Origin: Phoronis australis
Lineage: Eukaryota > Animalia > Phoronida
DNA length: 64,000 nucleotides
Direction of reading: 5' to 3'
Assembly (NCBI GenBank): GCA_002633005.1
Contig: NMRA01000082.1
Span: forward strand, 907,988 to 971,987
Shown here: one piece after another, positions 1-13,431 of the stretch
How the letters are laid out: every line of letters starts with the position of its first letter
Position numbering within the stretch: position 1 is the first letter of the stretch
Notes under the pieces: generated by a model
Told to the model about the DNA's origin: nothing
The model's database searches: none
Seen by the model: only the letters and a program-made list of their open reading frames with translations
Translations under genes and position numbers: made by a program

Positions 1-400
1 AATGCACTACCCTACATGTACCATGTACATCTGAAAAAAGCAAGTGAAAGTGAAAGTATACAATAAGGACTTCCGTAATGTGTTGTTTGTTTCTCTTTGT
101 CCTGTCTCTACTTCCCTGAAGTGAGTAGAACTATGGGCAGAAAATTACACATGTAGTTATTCTACTCCTCATTCTTGATGGACACCGTATTGTTGCATGA
201 TATATTAATTTTATGCTTACAACTGAGAGCGAGGGGGAACCATGGAGGGAGAAAGGAAGGGACGTGTTGATGGTGGCGTATATCTGTTTATGTTGGTATA
301 ACAGTAATATATATAGCTATATATATGTGCATGAGCGTACATGCTTGTGTGCGTCCGTGTACTCCATTGTAGGTTGGTTGTACGTGAAATCTTGTTGCAG

Positions 401-1654
401 ACAAAACGTGTGATAATCCGATGAAATACGGCATCGACTGCGACTTGGAGTGTCGGTGCGCCGAAGGCAGCGCATGTAGTCGTGCTGAGGGTTTATGCAA
501 ATCGTGCAAGCCACTAAGATATGGAGAGGACTGCGGGAACGAATGCGGCTGTCTTAAAGCCAGTCTTTGTAACAGCAAAAGCGGTAGCTGCAACGGAATC
601 TGCTTGAAAGGTCGATGGGGGCTCGATTGCAAAAACGAGTGTTTCTGCGAGGACTGCAACTCCTTTACGGGCAAGTGCAAAGGCGTCTGTCCGGACGGGC
701 GCTATGGTCCACGATGTGGAAATAAATGCCATTGTGAAGATCAAAAGCCGTGCACGATTTCAGCAGGTTGCATTGGCTGTGATTTTGGGTTCAGGGGTCA
801 CCACTGTAACCTAAAGTGTTTTTGTAAAGATAAGAGCTCGTGTTCACAGTATAGAAAGTGTCCACACTGCCCGAGTGGTCGGTATGGACTAACGTGTGAA
901 CACGAATGTGACGGCTGTGTGGCTGGTGACTGTGACAGATACACTGGAGAGTGCAGGCGCGGCTGTAAGCCTGAAAGGTGGGGAGCAGGCTGTAAAAACA
1001 AATGCGCATGTCGACTTCCGGGCACGTGTAATTCAGTCGATGGACACTGCACTAGTGGCTGCGTCAAGGGTAGGACAGGGCCAGCATGCAGCAACCTATG
1101 TTACTGCGAAAAGGACGAGTATTGCATTGATAATACGTGTGACTTCCGGTGCCCTAAACACCACTACGGACACGACTGTAAGAATGTCAGCCATTGTCCA
1201 CCAGGAGATACTTATGATTTACACACCGGGCGCTGCTCGTCAGGTAATTGCGATGAAGGTTTCTTTGGACCTGCATGCAGCTCCAGATGCCATTGCAAAG
1301 AGAACCATTGCAAACCAACGGGAGAGTGCTTACAAGGAGGTTGTGCTGAGGGATGGTATGGACCGTCGTGTAGCCATCGGTGTAACTGCGTCGACGGGAC
1401 TAAGTGTGACTCTAGCACTGGTGCGTGCGAGAAGTGTCCAATTGGCTGGTACGGCATCGACTGTAGCAAACAGTGCTTCTGTCGTGAAAATGTGGCGTGC
1501 AACCGCCACACGGGATTTTGTGCGAACGGTTGTCCCCCCTTGCGATACGGTTTGGCATGCGACAGGCTCTGTGCCTGCTACGACGGTGACATTTGCGAGC
1601 GCTTTTCTGGCACGTGTTGTAAGCCGTCGAATCCGAATAACGTGTGCTCTAAAG
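401..1654 (+). CDS. Giant EGF-like repeat receptor (MEGF10/SCARF-like), exon A (418 codons, phase 1-1); gene 5' end lies upstream of the window
   Basis: Acceptor ttgttgcag|ACAAA at 400/401 and donor AAAG|gtacga at 1654/1655. Open frame of about 43-aa 8-Cys repeats (C..G.YG..C...C.C....C....G.C). Confidence 0.9.
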
Positions 1655-2465
1655 GTACGATAATTTATTGCCCACCACCATCTGTAGGTAGACCCTATCT
1701 GCCATTTTTCTTGAACACCGGTATCTTTAAAGTAAAGTTTGTGTTGCCACTACTTAACTACAGCCACTTTATGAGACTTTACTATCTTAACTCAGACAGA
1801 AATCGGGCCAACTTTTAAAGGAATACCAAATCCGGTTTTGACCTATGAACGGACTCTTAGAGAACGACATTCCTCTGTAAACATCGACAACACTCGAAGG
1901 TTTGGAGATAATTTTGAAATTTCCTCACAATGTCTGTTAAATGCCAAACGTGACCCACGCTTTACGTGGGTTGCACCACAACTGTAGGAAAAGACGTGTT
2001 CAGGTAAATAGTGTTTTAATACGCAAATGCGTCGCCAGTGGTGCATTAGCAGGTGAAAAACGAGGATTGGTTGCTATCACCAAAACAGGGCTTGATATCT
2101 AGTTAAGACCATTCGTTACATTTTCCAACTTTACTATTAAGTACCTTCTCACATAAACAAGTTTCTCGCTCATTACATTTTTAAGACTTCCAATTATCTT
2201 GAAAATGTGAATTTCACATCGCATCGCTTCCTTTTCTGGTTTAATGGCACAAGCGCAGTTAGTGCAATCATGTATGGCGTCGAACTGCTTAATTTCGGTC
2301 TACGTGAAGACAATGTTCCTTGTCAACATAGTTTTGGTCTTAATTTTTGCAAGCTCTTATGTCTGGTCAAGTCTACACCTTGACCAACAGCTATCTCTGT
2401 ATGATAAAGTTAATATATCGTACATGTAGACGATTGAGGTCAAACAGTTATGGCGCCGATTTCAG

Positions 2466-3902
2466 AACCAACGTGTGACGATAAAAAGACCTATGGGCCT
2501 AACTGCGACAAGACATCTAATTGTCAAGGTAATTTCAACCGTTTAAGCGGAGAATGCAGCACTTGCAAGACTGGTTACTATGGGTATGCGTGTGAAAATC
2601 AGTGCCACTGTAAAGGTAATTCTGGGTGTTCGAGTGACGGAAATCGATGCGCGTCCGGGTGCGAGGCTGGCTGGTTTGGTTTTCACTGTGAGAAACCGTG
2701 TCACTGCAAAAAGAAAGCGCCTTGTGAGAAAGGAAAATGTAATACAGGGTGTGAGGCTGGATGGTGGGGCTATTCGTGTGATCGGCCATGTAATTGTGAA
2801 TCACCCACTTGCAACCAGGACACGGGCTACTGTGATGGTGAATGTATACCAGGCAAATTCGGAAAAAGCTGTGATCAATCTTGTTTCTGCCCAGACGACC
2901 GGAGATGCATGCGCAAGACAGGTAAATGCACCTCCGGTGTGTGCCCTCCCAACAGGTTTGGTTATGGTTGTCAAAAGCAATGCCATTGCCTCCCTGGCAG
3001 TGAATGTGTCAAAGGTTTCTGCGAGAAAGGTTGCGATAAAGGTTGGAGTGGACCGAACTGTCAGACGAAGTGCAACTGTCGCGACGGCATGTGCAATAGT
3101 GAAAAGTGTGTGGAATGTCTGCATGGAACTTTCGGACCTCGATGTGAAACGAAATGTCATTGCGCGGGTAAGTGTAAAGAATTGACCAATGAATGCGAAG
3201 AATGTTCCCTCGGAAGTTGGGGACTCGACTGCCAACATGAGTGTCATTGCAAATCAGCAACTCCTTGTGACAAGCTCAGCGGCAGATGCCCGAGTGATTG
3301 CGAAGACGGATATTTCGGCAACGCGTGCGATCGAAAGTGCCATTGTAGGAACGGGGGGAGATGCGAGCAGTTTACTGGTGAGTGCATAACTGGAATCTGC
3401 GAACTTGGCTATTACGGTCTGGGTTGTCAGGATAAATGTAACTGCGCGCGACCATGTGACCAGAAAACGGGAAAATGCGACGATGGTTGCCTTTTCAGAC
3501 ATTACGGCGACACCTGCAAGAACGAGAGTAACTGCTCCGGCCCTTTCGACCCCATCACCGGTAAGTGCACCACTGTGTGCCGTCCTGGATGGTACGGATA
3601 CAACTGCGCACAAAAGTGCAACTGTGATGAGGAAACTGTCGGCAATTGTCACGCGGTTACTGGGGAGTGTAGTAACGGTTGCCCACCAACCTACTATGGC
3701 TACAACTGCAAGAACCGATGTTACTGTCTAGACAACAATGGTCGCTGCCCACGAGACACGGGAGAATGTTCGAATTGTGTACCTGGCTGGTCTGGACCTC
3801 GTTGCGATACACGGTGCCATTGCGAGCGACGCGTGTCCTGTCCAAAGGGCATGTGCCCTGGTGACTGTGAGCGAGGATGGAGAGGGAAAGGCTGCTCTGA
3901 AC
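2466..3902 (+). CDS. EGF-like repeat receptor exon B (479 codons, phase 1-1)
   Basis: Acceptor atttcag|AACCA and donor GAAC|gtgagt; continuous EGF-like repeats; frame compatible with exon A. Confidence 0.9.
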
Positions 3903-4686
3903 GTGAGTGCACGTAGTGTTTTCTCCGTAACTCGTTAGTACTGGATGGAAAATTGCAAACGTTAGGTGCTTTACGTTTACTCTCATGAACGCCGTTGGAA
4001 GTCAGTTCTACTTATATTCTGTACATGTAAAAATCTGAAACATTTTCATTGGGTCCGGACGCAGTCACTTTCTAAAGAAATGACGTCAATTGTCATGAAA
4101 TCAGATGTAGCTCAGTAAATTGCCGAATCTCAATAACATCCGTTATCTGATACAGTTTTGAGGTTGTGAGCTCAATAGAGTTTGTTTGGTTGTTTTTGTT
4201 CCGATATTACCCACAGTCATGTTTCATTGGTCACGGAACTCGTGTGAGCGGGAATCCATTCATTGAATTTTTGTCGTACATGCTTATTCTCTTTTGTGGA
4301 TTAAACCAAAGATATTCAACTCCACGGTCTTTCGTGTAGTACGGTAATACTTTTTACTTATACATTTCTGAAATTCAAAGTTGCAAGAGTATAGATTGGA
4401 TGAAAAAATTGTTTGATGGTAATGGTGATATTGAGATTATACATTTTATCACTTTAAAAATAAAAATTATATAAAATCTGATTCAACAATCACAATTGAT
4501 TTAGCAACAGAACGTATGATGTTCCAAAGATAGTCAATTTTATTCATTTTTCTAGGGTGCTGCTTAACCATAATTATTTTCGAGGTCATGCAGGTCATTC
4601 AGTTTCCAAGCTGTGTTATTATGTCCATTACGTTCTTGACAGATTACTTCGAACCACTTGTTGTGCAAATACTACGATCTTTTCAG

Positions 4687-4827
4687 CAATCCCTTGCCCG
4701 CAGCCCAACAGGTATGGCAAAGCATGCACTATGGTATGTCACTGTCTGGAGAACAAGCCGTGTCATCGCTTCACAGGAAAATGTATTAAGTGCAAGCCAA
4801 AATGGAAAGGCGACACGTGTTCCCATT
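4687..4827 (+). CDS. EGF-like repeat receptor exon C (one repeat, IPCPQPNRYGKAC...KGDTCSH)
   Basis: ttttcag|CAATC ... CATT|gtaagt; 141 nt, phase 1-1. Confidence 0.88.
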
Positions 4828-5417
4828 GTAAGTCGAAAGTCGCACACCTGGCTCTTGGGTTTGTACAAATCATTTAGCTTCCGAGTTTTCATTGCCTGCT
4901 ACTTACAAAAGCAAACAACCGAATACGATTATTTCAACCATTTCAAAATAATTCCGCAATTTCGAAAACATCATCCTCGGCAACACCAATTCCCAATGGA
5001 CTACGAACGAACAAAAGACATATTATTCTTTACAACTCTGCTATGTTGACTTGCAGGTGCCGATATTTGCTACTATCCTCAAAACTGGTTTACTTGCCGT
5101 TCTTTTGTCACCAGTTGAAGATTCTTCATTATTCTGTGAGGAAAATGCTGAGGTTTCTCTCCCTCTCTCTATCTCTCTTTCTGCCAACTTTATCCCCCTC
5201 TTGCTCTTCCTCTCTTCTCCCCTCTCACGCCTCTCTCAGAATCCACTGTACGTGAGGCTTCCATCTCTTGCACCTTCAAACTGATTATCTCAAAAACTCA
5301 GAATGGTGGAAACTATAATGATGCGTAAAATATACAATTTGTTCAATGTCATACATTAATACAAGCTTAATAGATTTTCACATGACTACAATGAAACTGC
5401 GTTTTAACCGTTTTCAG

Positions 5418-5561
5418 TTGAAGGTTGTGACAAACCAAACGTCTACGGGCAAGATTGCGGATCTGAGTGTCAGTGCCTGACTCCGGATCACTGTGACAGT
5501 TTCACAGGAAGCTGTGGGGGTATTTGCCCACCGCAAAGAGGAGGAGACAAGTGTGACGTGC
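5418..5561 (+). CDS. EGF-like repeat receptor exon D (EGCDKPNVYGQDC...GGDKCDV)
   Basis: ttttcag|TTGAA ... GTGC|gtaagt; 144 nt, phase 1-1; translated manually because it is below the ORF-track cutoff. Confidence 0.88.
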
Positions 5562-7385
5562 GTAAGTTTGGCCACCTTATTTCGTTTTCAGACAAAAAAG
5601 AGTTACATGTAAGTGTGTAAATTCTGTGTATTCGACACTTTCCTTGTCGGATTAATAGACCATGGGCCTTCTGAAACCCTTTGGGCATTTTCTTTGCCTC
5701 AATTCATCTCTCGGAAGTGTTCAATATCAGCGCATGTGCAGACTGCAAGCATACATATAGGTTAAAATTGTGGCTAGTCTCCAAAGTGGTACTCTACGTC
5801 ATTTCGTTCCTTAGTCTCTCTCCTGTTGTACTGTTAACTCATGTTTAAGCAGCTTGCCACAAGGGGAATCTCTGCGCGCACATTCGACGTAATGCTTTCA
5901 TTTTGTGAATCATTTGACTGACACATGTCCAGATATGAAACACCTCCGAGAATAGCTTAAGGCAACAAAAATACCCGAGGTGGTTCCGATAGTCATGAGC
6001 AGTAGCTTCAGTCTTCCACCATAAGACAATATCCGGGCGTGGGGCAACTTTAATTCCCTGTATGGCTAAATATTATTTTCATCAACTATTCAATATTTCA
6101 AAATTCCCACAATTCATTATGCTTTGTGCGAAGAAGCAGATTCTTACGCTTCTTATGTAACTTTGCTGAACAAGAGGGGTCGTTGTGGGCGACTTATATC
6201 CAATGACAAGCCTAGAATTTGATTTTAGTGTTAAAAATAACTGTCTCCGTATAAATGTTGGTATTGTGGATGTCGCGTACATTTCTTGCGAACGGCATAT
6301 AGAGACCAATGATTGTCTGGTGAATGCCTTACATAGATTGTAAAGAGTGTGGTGAGCACCTTACGTCATTGGGTCTTTTGAAGTAATTACAGGAGTTGTC
6401 TAACCTCTAACTTCAATGCACTGCCACAAGATGTTTAAAGTGTGGTGAGCAAATAAACAAAACACGTTCGGCAACTGCTAAATGTTACCATTTTGGCAAC
6501 ATTTACAATCGTATTATTGTTGAAGCTTCAAGCAATGAAAGATATAAGTTATATTAAAGAGCTTTTCAGTCGCTCCTCTTTCTTTTTGAAGCCCTTACAA
6601 AAATGCGAGCTTTAAATAATGATTCAAAGAATGACTAAAAATTTGGATACTGAACGAAACACATTTTACTGGAATTGTGCACATCTGAGAATCTGCCTTG
6701 TTGTTACTGAACCAATTTCGTCATCTCAAAACTGGCATCCAGCAGGAGTTTTGACTTCTCATATGACTTCACTCTCCAGGATTGACAGTTATGTTAGGTT
6801 CACCAATTTCTAGTCTCCTCAACCGACTTTGCGCAATTTCAGTCAACATAGCTGACGACTCATGACCCACCTTTTTAAGCAATGTTACTGAATCAAACTC
6901 AGTGAATGGCTTGCGGAGATCAGTAAACTCTAGATTGCGCAGCATGAGATCTTTCTTTTATTCTTCTGTTGGTCTTCTTCAGCCTTGCTATTGCTTGGGT
7001 AGTATCGCCTGCATAACCTGTGTCAGCTGATATCCACTAGAGACCTCTAGTGGCACTTGGTTCTTGCTTTAGAATAGGTTCTGCAAGTGTGCCATTTTGT
7101 GCACATTGCATGATCTCAATGAGTAGCCAACTGACGCATCTTTGCTTAACCAAAAATCACCTCCCGTCTTAACAAGGAGCAAGTTGAGATCAGCTTTAGA
7201 GAAACAAGTGGACTAAATGAAATTTTTTTAAAAAATATAATTAATGTATCTTTCAAAAGGTACTGAATAACTTTTTACAGTGGTGAACACTCTTTATCAA
7301 AAGTTTCTACCATGAAATGCGGGAGCATAACGGCTTTTAGGAATATCTGTACTTTGTTGGAACATTGTTCCATTCTTTTTTCTAG

Positions 7386-7616
7386 AAACCAAATGCCCCG
7401 ACAAAACCTTCGGAGAACAATGCAGATATACATGCCATTGCAGCGACCCAACAGCCGTATGCCCGCCTGAAATACTTGACTGCGGGTCAAACTGCAAATC
7501 GGTAACAAAGAACCCTTGCAAAGTCGTGTGCGCTGCTGGGTATTACGGCGAGGATTGCTCAAATAAGTGCAACTGCAAAACAACAATCGCCTGTGTGGAT
7601 GAAAAATGCACGAAAG
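7386..7616 (+). CDS. EGF-like repeat receptor exon E (TKCPDKTFGEQCRYTCHC...CVDEKCTK)
   Basis: tttttctag|AAACC ... AAAG|gtgaat; 231 nt, phase 1-1, open Cys-rich frame. Confidence 0.85.
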
Positions 7617-7930
7617 GTGAATAGATGTTAAAATAAGTGTTGTGACACAGAGCTTTCTAAGATGACCCGCTTTAGCCCTGACCTACCCGAATAAGACGGG
7701 TAATACAGTGGAAGTGTACCTCAAGACCTTCCTTAACATATTGTTCTTTACTTTTCGTCCTAGCCTCACTCATCTGAGATGGGTAGGCCTGTGGAGAGAA
7801 AAAATATGCTACTGCTTTCTGTTTGATGAACACAGTTTGTTCCAAAATACATTGCTTTCATGTCTATAAAATGTTTATTTTCTTGGATAGCAAATACATT
7901 GTTTTGATTCACACGTACAGTGTACATGTA

Positions 7931-8010
7931 CACCCACGCACACACACACACACCCAACGCTCATCCACCTATATACTTACGTAAATACGTAACTTATATA
8001 CAAACACACG

Positions 8011-8055
<45 letters not shown>

Positions 8056-8060
8056 GCACA
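7931..8060. repeat. (CA)n / (CACG)n microsatellite in intron
   Basis: Directly visible dinucleotide runs at about 7938-7953 and 8004-8060. Confidence 0.9.
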
Positions 8061-9010
8061 TATAAACATACATACGGGGATCAACTTCATTGGAAACACA
8101 GCTGTCCTCTTTGTTGGACAGCTTGATATACACTCCTTACTTTCTGTACAATTTGTGATCTTCCGGTGTGCATTGGTAAAGCAAATTGCCAAACGACATC
8201 ACATGCAAGTAAATCAAAATATTAGCAATAGTTCTAAAGCACATGTCACGTTCACATTGTCTGCGTTTATTTCCTTCTATCAGCCTATCACGGTTTACTT
8301 CTCAGTTCATTTCGCTTCCACCATGTTCATTTTACGAAAGGAGATTGTTTCGAAACCACGAGTCAATCAGCAACAGGTTTTGAAACAAAACGTTTAGTCG
8401 TGTTTTTAACGAAGTTTACCATATTGCTTAACACGCGATATGTGTTCTTGAAATATAGTTACTGTTTAGCAATGTCTGCGGTCAATTTTTTTTAACTGCA
8501 CACTGAAAGATAGGAAGTTGTACGGTGAAAAAGAGCAAGTTTATGTGAAGCTGTACAACAGAAAGTAAGCCTACAGTCATATTTTCAAACACGTTTGCGT
8601 TTGTGACGGGACGTTCGTAACTTTACGCTTATTGTTATTCTTATTTAGTTGCAAATGTTCTGTTATTCTTATGCTAATGTCTTTGTTGCGTCTCAGTGCG
8701 CCTTTGTTACGTGGGCATGTGGGCGCGACTGTATGTGTCGGGCACTTCGCTAGCGACAGGCTTAGGAGAAGGGTGTTTTCCTTCTTTTGCTTTCATGGAA
8801 AGTCGATCGTTATCATGTGCAAATTGAACTGAAACGAATGCCTGATGAGAGAAAATACATATTTTGAGGTTCAGTGGAGACTTGCTCTGTTACACGTTAA
8901 TGAAGGGCTGCTACAGAATTATACGTGCACGTTTCGATCGAGGGCACTCAACATTAATTTTGATTCAAGCCTAATTGAGCGTGTCTACCATCTATGCAAT
9001 GCTGTTGTAG

Positions 9011-10264
9011 ACAAAATATGCGACAATCCGAAGAAATACGGCATCGACTGCGACTTGGACTGTCAGTGCGCCGAAGGCAGCGCATGTACTCGTGCTGAGG
9101 GTTTATGCAAATCGTGCAAGCCACTAAGATATGGAGAGGACTGTGGGAACGAATGCGGCTGTCTTAAAGCCAGTCTTTGTAACAGCAAAACCGGTAGCTG
9201 CAACGGAATCTGTTTGAAAGGTCGATGGGGGCTCGATTGCAAAAACGAGTGTTTCTGCGAGGACTGCAATTCCATTACGGGCAGGTGCAAAGGCATCTGT
9301 CCGGACGGGCGGTATGGTCCACGATGTGGAAATGAATGCCATTGTGAAGATAAAAAGCCGTGCACGATTTCAGCAGGTTGCATTGGCTGTGATTTTGGGT
9401 TCAGGGGTTACCACTGTAACCTAAACTGTTTTTGTAAGGATATGACCTCTTGTTCACAGTACGACAAGTGTCCACACTGCCCGAGTGGTCGCTATGGACA
9501 AACGTGTGAACACGAATGTGACGGCTGCATGGCTGGTGACTGTGATAGGTACACTGGAGAGTGCAGGCGCGGCTGTAAGCCTGAAAGGTGGGGAGCAGGC
9601 TGTAAAAACAAATGCGCATGTCGACTTCCGGGCACGTGTAATCCAATCGACGGGTACTGTCCCAGCGGCTGCCTTAAGGGTAGGACAGGCCCGGCTTGCA
9701 ACACCACATGCAACTGTGAAAAGGATGAGTATTGCGTTGACAATACGTGTGACTTCAGATGCCCTAAATACCATTACGGACACGACTGTAGGAATGTCAG
9801 CCACTGTCCACCAGGAGATACGTATGATTTACACACCGGGCGCTGCTCGTCAGGTATTTGCGATGAAGGCTTCTTTGGACCTGCGTGCAGCTCCAGATGC
9901 CATTGCAAAGAAAAGCGTTGTAAGCCAACGGGAGAGTGCTTACAGGACGGCTGTGCTGAGGGTTGGTATGGACCGTCGTGTAGCTATCGGTGTAACTGCG
10001 TCGACCTGACTAAGTGTGACTCTGCCACTGGTGCGTGCGAGAAGTGTCCGGTTGGCTGGTACGGCATCGACTGTAGCAAACAGTGCTTCTGTCGTGAAAA
10101 CGTGGCCTGCAACCGTCACACGGGATTTTGCCCGAACGGTTGTCCCCCTTTGCGGTACGGCTTGGCCTGCGACAGAATTTGCGCCTGCTACGACGGAGAT
10201 GTATGTGAACGCTTTTCTGGAACGTGTTGTAAGCCGTCGAATCCGAAAGGCGCATGTTCTAAAG
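9011..10264 (+). CDS. EGF-like repeat receptor exon A' (paralog of 401-1654, same 1254-nt length)
   Basis: gttgtag|ACAAA ... AAAG|gtaaga; colinear with exon A. Confidence 0.9.
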
Positions 10265-11107
10265 GTAAGACACCCCAAGTCATATCAACCTGCGGTTTTC
10301 AATCGTTCCCCCGCGTGTATGACTCCATGCTCCATTTTTCTTTTATATCGGTATCTTTGCAGGCCAAGTTGTTGCGAGCAGTCCTACTGTTCACTTCCTG
10401 AGACATTTCCAGCCATAAATCAATCGTACTACTACCTGGAGACCTATCCATCGTAGACCCGTGTCATTAAATATAAATTCATAAGTAAGATAGGCCGTTC
10501 GCAGCAACCGAAAGCCTGCTACACCAAACAGTGGTCTTAAATGTGTGCATTTGATCACTATGAACAGCGGCAGTGTAATAGCCCACAAGCATTGCTAAAC
10601 TGAGGATGGTTTGCCTTTGATTGATGAACTGGCAAAACCGCGAAAGACGTTGAGACAATGCAGCGCAACTTACCTCAGTTACCTGCACATTTGTAGCCAC
10701 ATTTTCCACGTATACTTAAGTTAGTACTTTCTCGCTTCAACAAAATTCTAATTGTAATTGGCTTTTCAATGTTGTAAGCACATCCACATTTAGAGTTTTT
10801 AAACTTTCAAAAGACGATGAAAAAATATTTTTAAAATGAGTTTTCCACATTTCCGCTATTAGTTTTCTGAATTGGTGGCAAGTGTGAAGTTAGTGTAGCC
10901 ATTATGACAACAATTGACGTAATTTCGATCTACGTTATAACTTCGTGTTCATGTACATGAAACTTTCCTTTCTGGACCTTCGATTTTAACTTTGCTCGAA
11001 TTTGGGTCTTAACGAAGACAACATTTTAGTGTACAGTCATTGTTCGAACAATATGCACCTGCTAATGGCAAGTGGTTGAGGTCAACTAGTTATTGCGCCG
11101 GTTTCAG

Positions 11108-12544
11108 AACCAACGTGTAAAGACAAAAACACTTACGGTCCTAACTGCGACAAGAAATCGAATTGCCAAGGTAATTTCAACCGTTTGAGCGGAGAATGCA
11201 GCACGTGCAAGACTGGTTACTACGGGTTTGCGTGTGAAAACCGGTGCCACTGCAAAGGTAATACTGGGTGTTCGGGTGACGGAAATCGCTGTGCTTCGGG
11301 ATGCGATGTTGGCTGGTTTGGGTTTTACTGTGAAAAGCCTTGTCGCTGTTATAAGAAAGCCCCTTGTGAGAAAGGTAAATGTAATACAGGGTGTGAGGCT
11401 GGATGGTGGGGCTATTCGTGTGATCGGCCATGTAACTGTGAATCACCTACTTGCAACCAACAAACGGGTTACTGCGATGGCGAATGTATACCAGGCAAAT
11501 TCGGATACAGTTGCGATCAACAGTGTTTCTGCCCAGACGTTGGGCGATGCATGCGCAAAACAGGTAAATGCGCTGGCGGTGTGTGCCCTCCGAATAGGTT
11601 TGGTTACGGTTGCCAAAACCAGTGTCATTGCCTGCCCGGCAGTGTATGCATCAAAGGTTTCTGCGAGAAAGGTTGCGATAAAGGCTGGAGTGGACCGAAC
11701 TGTCAGACGAAGTGCAATTGCCGTGACGGCAAGTGCAATACTGAAAAGTGTGTGAAATGCCTGCCCGGAACTTTCGGACCTCGATGTGAAACGAAATGTC
11801 ATTGCGTGGGTAAGTGTAAAGAATTGACTAATGAATGCGAAGAGTGCTCTTCCGGGAGGTGGGGACTCGACTGTCAACAAGCGTGCCATTGCAATTCAGC
11901 TACTCCATGCGACAGGCTCAGCGGCAAATGCCCGAGTGACTGCCAAGATGGATATTTCGGCTACGCGTGCGATCAAAAGTGCCATTGTAGGAACGGGGGC
12001 AGATGCGAGCAATTTACTGGTGAATGCATCAATGGAATCTGCGAAGTTGGCTACTATGGTTTAGGTTGTCAGGATAAATGTAACTGCGCGCGACCATGTG
12101 ACCAGAAAACGGGAAAATGCGACGATGGTTGCCTTTTCAGACGTTACGGCGACACCTGCAAGAACGAGAGTAACTGCTCCGGCCCTTTCGACCCCATCAC
12201 CGGTAAGTGCACCACCGTGTGCCGTCCTGGATGGTACGGATACAACTGCGCACAAAAGTGCAACTGTGATGAGGAAACTGTCGGCAATTGTCACGCGGTT
12301 ACTGGGGAGTGTAGTAACGGTTGCCCACCAACCTACTATGGCTACAACTGCAAGAACCGATGTTACTGTCTAGACAACAATGGTCGCTGCCCACGAGACA
12401 CGGGAGAATGTTCGAATTGTCTACATGGCTGGTTTGGTCCTCGCTGCGACACACCGTGCCACTGCCGCCAACGCGAATCTTGTCCAAAAGGAGTATGCCC
12501 TGGTGACTGTGAGCCAGGATGGAGAGGGAAAGGCTGTTCTGAAC
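11108..12544 (+). CDS. EGF-like repeat receptor exon B' (paralog of 2466-3902, same 1437-nt length)
   Basis: gtttcag|AACCA ... GAAC|gtgagt; colinear with exon B. Confidence 0.9.
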
Positions 12545-13290
12545 GTGAGTACGTGAAGTGGTTAACCTATAACTCAATATTATTAGATGGAAATTTGAAA
12601 AAATACCCATGTGATTACTTTTATGACTTCTTGCGTACTTAGATTCTGTTCATTTCAAAGTGTAGAAGGTTATATTATCCTTTTGGGGAGTGATCTGAAG
12701 CAAGCACACGGTATAGAAATGGCGCGATTTGTCATACAATAAGATGTAGTTCAATAATGTGTCGAGCTCTGTTGGCATCACACTTAATGTGTCAAGAAGT
12801 GGGAAGCATGTTATGGCGTAGATACTTGATATCTTATTCATTTGATATTTTGTATTTTGGCCGTCATCTTGGATTGAGCTAATGCCACAACCTGAATTGG
12901 ATTCACTACCATGTGTGCAACCGTATGATTAATTTTGTTGGTCGCCAATTTTCCCATGCGTGTGTGTTACATGACTACTTGAACAGTTTGCGGATGAGAG
13001 TCGAGCGCATATGTAATAGCAAATAAATGTTTATATAACTGTGGGAGTTACAATGATCTCTATGGAAGTGACATTTTTAACAAAAGCAGAACCAGTGCCG
13101 TAATCACAGTGATCCAGGGTAAAATTCTGTTCCCATAACACGATTCTGTTGTCGCCCAAAAGTCGTGAGACAATTGTGCTTCTTTGCTGAGATAATCGGT
13201 ATTGAAAACATAGTCTAAAAGTGTGTTGTACTCCAAGTGCAATAGTGTGAACAAATATGAAGTGAAGTGTAATTATTACGATCGTTTCAG

Positions 13291-13431
13291 CAATCCCTTG
13301 CCCTCAGCCCAACAGGTATGGAAAAGCTTGCACAATGGTCTGTCACTGTCTGGAGAACAAACCGTGTCATCGCTTTACAGGAAAATGCAATAAGTGTAAG
13401 CCGAGATGGAAAGGAGACACATGTTCTCATT
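13291..13431 (+). CDS. EGF-like repeat receptor exon C'
   Basis: cgtttcag|CAATC ... CATT|gtaagt; 141 nt, paralog of exon C. Confidence 0.88.

Noticed and set aside
288-12610. Many overlapping alternative-frame and antisense ORFs over the EGF exons (e.g. 896-1663, 2580-3185, 11228-11755)
   Set aside because: Shadow frames of Cys/Gly-rich repetitive coding sequence; no independent motifs or splice support.
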